In this document: positions 59,861-64,000 of the stretch, piece after piece | Layout: every line of letters begins with the position of its first letter | How positions within the stretch are numbered: position 1 is the first letter of the stretch | Assembly: GCA_016708435.1 (NCBI GenBank) | Contig: JADJFV010000035.1 | Span: forward strand, 128,001 to 192,000 | Direction: 5' to 3' | Origin: Leptospiraceae bacterium | Lineage (GTDB): Bacteria > Spirochaetota > Leptospiria > Leptospirales > Leptospiraceae | Length of the DNA: 64,000 nt | Program-made: the position numbers and the translations under genes | Notes under the pieces: model-generated | Told to the model about the DNA's origin: nothing | Databases searched by the model: none | The model's input: only the letters and a program-made list of their open reading frames with translations

Positions 59861-61441
59861 TCATTTCCTATTTAGTAGAGAACATTTTTCATCCGTATTG
59901 TTTGCACAGTTAGAAAGTCGATCCATTGCATTTTTTTTTACGAGGGAAAGTCTTTGGTATTCCTGTGATTTTTTATCTTCCGGTGTGATGAGTAGAATAT
60001 TCGTAAAGAGTTCAATGGATTTAATGTATTCTCTTTTATTGTATAGAGTGACTCCATTTTTAAAATAGTCACCAATTTTTCCGTATTCTCTTTGTCGGAT
60101 GACGGATAATTCATTTTGAGCTTCTTTGTTTGTCGGATAAAGAGAAATAGCCTCTTGGTAAAGACGGATTGCTTGAAATGGATCGCCAGTTGCATCTTTT
60201 CTTTTTGCACTTTCCCGAATTCCTTCTGATTCTTCTTTTAGAGAAGTCTCAATTGCATCCTTCGCTTGTAAGTATTCGGGGTTAATGTCGAGTATCTTCT
60301 TGTAATGAACTCTTGCTTCTTTGTATTTTTTAGATTGATGGAGAGTTTCTCCTTTTGCCCAGAGCGAGTCGATTTCTGTTTTAGTTGTCACATTTATAGT
60401 TTCGGAAAGATAATGCTTAGCAATTTTATTCTTGGGATCTTTTTTTAAAATAGAGGTAAATATGTTCTTAGCCGACTTATACATTTTTTTATAATACAAT
60501 TCTACTCCGAAAGATAGTATTCTATCTGTTTTCACTTTTACTTTTAATACTTCTGGTATTATAATTCCAGACTCTTCTGCATATTTTTCATTCAAATAAA
60601 GAAAAGGTTGCTCTGGTTGAAGCACAGGTCCTAATTCACACTCTGCTTTTTTCTCAACGATTAGATTTGCCATTTGCCCCGCCAGAACTCCTACATTAGA
60701 TGAATCTGGGACTAATGCGAATGTTGCACCTAATTCTACTAGTGCAGGGTAAAGAGTCATGAGGATAATTCCATTTTTCCGACAGAAAGAAGAAATGTAT
60801 TCAAACATTTCTTGATCGTAAATTCTATCAGAAGAAAGATACAATGCATCGAAACTTCCCAATTTATCGCTTAATGCTTTTTTTAATTCATCCTTACCGG
60901 CAACTTTAATTCTTTTAAAAAGAATTCCCTTCCAAATATCTTGATATTCTCCAGAAGCAGTAAGTATTTCTCCCTGTTCTGAATTATAAAATGTTAGAAC
61001 TCTTCTCGCTGTTGGTTTAAGTTCTCTCAGTGTTGCAAAATAATCTGTAAAAGAAACATCCTTCTCAAATCCACAAAATTTTCCTTGTTCTGGATTCATT
61101 GATTTTGGTTCATCTACCATTAGAAATAGAGTAGGGGTTTCTTTCACGTATTCCCTGGTTGTGCGGGTGGCTTCGTTTCCAATTGTGATAATAAGAGATG
61201 GCGATTCACTTTGGATTTTCGCAAAGAAGTCTTTTATGTCTGGATATTCTTCTTTGATATTGTTCATATAATAAATTCCGCTTTCATATTTTGAAGAGTA
61301 TTGAACTCCAGCTAGAGCTTGCAGATAAAAGGGATTATTCGATGAAACAATAATCGGAACGGATAATATTGGATTATCCTCCGTATATAGAGATAGAGCA
61401 AATAGAAATGCTAATAGAATTGCAAAGAATCTTTTTATCAT
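59861..61441 (-). CDS. Periplasmic ABC-type substrate-binding-like domain (PF04392-like) fused to TPR repeats
   Basis: Signal peptide; an about 300-aa SBP-like N-domain; C-terminal TPR helices. The gene sits 2 nt after the receptor and 1 nt before the cyclase. Confidence 0.5.
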   Translation of the reverse strand: MIKRFFAILLAFLFALSLYTEDNPILSVPIIVSSNNPFYLQALAGVQYSSKYESGIYYMNNIKEEYPDIKDFFAKIQSESPSLIITIGNEATRTTREYVKETPTLFLMVDEPKSMNPEQGKFCGFEKDVSFTDYFATLRELKPTARRVLTFYNSEQGEILTASGEYQDIWKGILFKRIKVAGKDELKKALSDKLGSFDALYLSSDRIYDQEMFEYISSFCRKNGIILMTLYPALVELGATFALVPDSSNVGVLAGQMANLIVEKKAECELGPVLQPEQPFLYLNEKYAEESGIIIPEVLKVKVKTDRILSFGVELYYKKMYKSAKNIFTSILKKDPKNKIAKHYLSETINVTTKTEIDSLWAKGETLHQSKKYKEARVHYKKILDINPEYLQAKDAIETSLKEESEGIRESAKRKDATGDPFQAIRLYQEAISLYPTNKEAQNELSVIRQREYGKIGDYFKNGVTLYNKREYIKSIELFTNILLITPEDKKSQEYQRLSLVKKNAMDRLSNCANNTDEKCSLLNRK

Positions 61442-61443
61442 GG

Positions 61444-64000
61444 CTAGAAATTATACCCAACTGAAATCCAAATATTTCGTTTCTCTAAGGGGTGCATAGT
61501 GGGAGGACCACCGAGACTACCAGAACCTCCCAATACTCCGGGATCAAAGTAAAGATTATTGGCAAGATTAACAACCAATAGATTGATATACATTCCATCT
61601 TTGATAAAATCATCCCATCGAAAATTGAGTTTACCCATAGTATATCCAGAAACTGTCTTTACAGGATTTGAAACAACTGTTCTGCGAATGTCTACATAAT
61701 TGACTCCCACATACAAACTCATCTTCTTCCAGATAGTATAAGTGCCACCTAAAAAGAATTTATTTGGTGCGATATGCGGAATAGGACCACTCGATGGAAT
61801 ATTTTTGATCCCCGCTAAATTTAAAAGATCAGAAGTTAGATCATCTCCCGGTCTACCATAAGCAGAAGGAGAAGAAGTAACAGAGCGCAATAGATCAAAG
61901 TATCTTCCTTCGCTATAAGTGTAGTTAGCATTGAGCAAAAACTTTTCGGTCAAATTTATATTAGCCTCTATTTCTGTTCCAAAAATTTCTGCTTTTCCCA
62001 CGTTTTGATTTTGTTGCCATGTATTCGATGGATTTGATCCAGGAATTACTTCTAAGGTTTGCGCTGTGGAAATCAAATTGGTTACTTTGTAGTAATAGCT
62101 TTGAGCGGATAAATAGAGTTTGTTCCATCTATAGGCAATGCCAATTTCGATAGAACGCAAATACTCAGGGCGAAGACCTCGATTTTCTTTTCTTGTTGCC
62201 GTTCGATTTAAGAATTCAAATGTGCTAGGCTCGCGGAACCCAGTTCCTAGTAAAAGTTTGAAAGTTAAGTTTTGTGTTGGTTTATAGATGGCACTTACTC
62301 TAGGTGTTTGTGATCTACCGAAGATAGAACTATAATCTTGGCGATACCCAGCGGAAAATATCCAATAGTCGGAAGGTCGAAAGGTATGTTGATAAAATGC
62401 GCCAAAGTTATTGATGCTAACACGATTAGATAAATTACTTATATCTTGTGATAATGTCGCTTGGCTACTAGTATTGACGGAAGTAAATTCTGGAACATCC
62501 GAATGTCTTGCTATGATTCCCGCAACAGAGGAATTTTTTTGACTTGGATTGTATTGTAATTTTTCTTCGAGTTGATAGCTGTGATCGGGTCGAGTTGTAA
62601 AGCTAGTTGTGTAATTATTGCTCGTAATATTTGAATCTTTAAAATTATAATAGCTATTAGTTGATTTAGTTCGAGTGTTATCTTGAAAGCTCGAACTCAT
62701 AATTTCCGTATTTCGAACTACAAGCTCTGAGTCAAGAGTGAGTGTTTCTGAAATCTGCTTGGTATGTCCAACAACCATACTATTATTTCTAAAATTGTAT
62801 TGTCCACCTCTTCTTCCACGAGTTCCAGCATTTCCAAGTAAAACTCCTGCTCGCCTTGCGTTGTTTCTGTCATCAAAGACGTTAGTTTCTAAGCCTCTTT
62901 CATTTACATCGTATCGATTCGTTCCATTGGTAAAAGTTCCAAATCCATTTAGGTATTGCCAGTTGACAGTTTGAAATCGAAAGTTTCCAATAGTAAACTT
63001 TGCCGTCAAATTGTAAGTATCCACATTCGCAGAATTAAATCCGGGTGACCAAGTGTAGCCTACACCTCTTGTTGAATTGCAAACACCCCCGCAGGCTTTA
63101 TTTTCAACGTAGTTATTTACATTGTTTGGATTAGCATAATTAGCCGCTGAAGGATTTACTGTTTGCCTTTCGATTCTTTGGATTCCACCAAAGTTAGGTC
63201 CTTCTGTTTGAAAGTAATATCCACCGAGGCTATAGCTCATGTCCATTGTTTGACTTTTGCCTCTAGTAGAAAAATTCAATCCTGCTCCGGGGCTTCTAAA
63301 ATTACTGTCATATCCACCATAGATTGCTTCTACATGAGATCCGCCTGAGTTAGCACCATCGCGTGTGATGATGTTGATGATACCATTGAATGCGTTCGCT
63401 CCGTATAAGCTAGAAGCAGGACCGGAAACAATTTCGATTCTGTCTACATTGCTCAAAGGAAAATGCAGTGTGCCCGCAAGTGGACCGACACCAGAAATAT
63501 TGTTATCCGAAACTCCATCGACATAGACAAGGGATCTTGTGTTTTCTCCGATTAGCCCCCGTTGGTGAACAAGCTCAGGATAAACTCCATATGTGTGTTG
63601 AAAATCAAAACCGGGAACATCTTTTAGCGCGTCGATTAATGTCCTGTAGCCTCTCTCTTCCATTTGCTTGCGAGTTATTACATAGACTGCCGCCGGTGCA
63701 TCTTTGATTTTCGATTTTGTTCTTGTAGCGGTTACTACGATTTGCTCCTCTAAAAGTAAAAACACATTTTTAGATGCATCCCCACTCAAGGCTTTTTGCT
63801 TTTGAAATTCTGGAGACTTACCCACTCGCTCTTTTGTGAGATGTTCAATTATATTTTCTCCCTGTGTTTTTCTGGCTGGATTTAATTTTAATGTGATATC
63901 TAGTTTACGAGAAAATTCTTGGGCTCGCTCTGAGTCCGGAATATTGAATTCATTTTTATCAAGCTCAGCTTCGATTTCATTTAGGAGTTCGTATTTAGTA
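61444..64000 (-). CDS. TonB-dependent receptor with an N-terminal extension; the 5' end lies beyond the window
   Basis: TonB box 'EEQIVVTA'; plug 'DAPAAVYVITRKQMEERGYRTLIDALKDVPGF'; barrel ending '...ISVGYNF'. The frame is open upstream to base 64000 with 80 or more aa before the TonB box and no signal peptide yet. Confidence 0.8.
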   Translation of the reverse strand, partial: TKYELLNEIEAELDKNEFNIPDSERAQEFSRKLDITLKLNPARKTQGENIIEHLTKERVGKSPEFQKQKALSGDASKNVFLLLEEQIVVTATRTKSKIKDAPAAVYVITRKQMEERGYRTLIDALKDVPGFDFQHTYGVYPELVHQRGLIGENTRSLVYVDGVSDNNISGVGPLAGTLHFPLSNVDRIEIVSGPASSLYGANAFNGIINIITRDGANSGGSHVEAIYGGYDSNFRSPGAGLNFSTRGKSQTMDMSYSLGGYYFQTEGPNFGGIQRIERQTVNPSAANYANPNNVNNYVENKACGGVCNSTRGVGYTWSPGFNSANVDTYNLTAKFTIGNFRFQTVNWQYLNGFGTFTNGTNRYDVNERGLETNVFDDRNNARRAGVLLGNAGTRGRRGGQYNFRNNSMVVGHTKQISETLTLDSELVVRNTEIMSSSFQDNTRTKSTNSYYNFKDSNITSNNYTTSFTTRPDHSYQLEEKLQYNPSQKNSSVAGIIARHSDVPEFTSVNTSSQATLSQDISNLSNRVSINNFGAFYQHTFRPSDYWIFSAGYRQDYSSIFGRSQTPRVSAIYKPTQNLTFKLLLGTGFREPSTFEFLNRTATRKENRGLRPEYLRSIEIGIAYRWNKLYLSAQSYYYKVTNLISTAQTLEVIPGSNPSNTWQQNQNVGKAEIFGTEIEANINLTEKFLLNANYTYSEGRYFDLLRSVTSSPSAYGRPGDDLTSDLLNLAGIKNIPSSGPIPHIAPNKFFLGGTYTIWKKMSLYVGVNYVDIRRTVVSNPVKTVSGYTMGKLNFRWDDFIKDGMYINLLVVNLANNLYFDPGVLGGSGSLGGPPTMHPLEKRNIWISVGYNF

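Noticed and set aside
1-64000. CRISPR arrays, rRNA genes, intact tRNAs, integrase/phage structural genes
   Set aside because: No regularly spaced direct repeats, no rRNA-like conserved blocks and no recognisable integrase or capsid motifs were seen by eye. This was not exhaustively computed.

Overview
This 64-kb window is AT-rich and densely coding, and its content fits a Leptospiraceae-type spirochaete chromosome. That organism call is an inference; no homology search was run. Supporting observations: many lipoproteins with L-x-x-C lipoboxes, an SBBP beta-propeller repeat protein, several class III adenylate/guanylate cyclases, PP2C / HATPase / STAS partner-switching proteins, ankyrin-repeat proteins and a TonB-dependent receptor.

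The left third holds housekeeping genes:
- partial CzcA/CusA-type RND pump
- TetR regulator
- GT2 glycosyltransferase
- ilvD
- an alpha/beta hydrolase
- a membrane cyclase
- DoxX, MsrB and DinB
- a PilZ protein and a rhodanese
- a GH31 glycosidase
- a beta-lactamase-family hydrolase
- an ArsR / SdpI-like pair

About 27-39 kb is an accessory-looking segment bracketed by two paralogous ankyrin-repeat genes. It contains a SAM-methyltransferase, two SPFH/band-7 proteins, an EEP-nuclease-like lipoprotein, an SBBP-repeat gene with an in-frame stop, rearranged tRNA fragments and an Rpn/YhgA-type transposase-like gene.

The right half carries:
- a four-gene operon (membrane protein / UbiA prenyltransferase / TlpA-like thioredoxin / HExxH protein) just downstream of an HExxH lipoprotein gene
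- an MscS channel and a DUF418 protein
- a RelE/ParE plus XRE-HTH toxin-antitoxin cassette flanked by direct promoter-like repeats
- an SGNH hydrolase
- a Thr-rich secreted protein
- an RsbW / RsbV-like pair
- a tight operon of TonB-dependent receptor (with an N-terminal extension), a periplasmic SBP-TPR protein and a HAMP adenylate cyclase

At least three genes are split by one-base frameshifts at homopolymer runs: both genes of a second toxin-antitoxin pair, and an SdpI-like gene. A fourth, NAD-kinase-like, gene appears split by a shift I could not place at a homopolymer. This points to either gene decay or homopolymer sequencing errors.

No rRNA, intact tRNA or CRISPR array was found.
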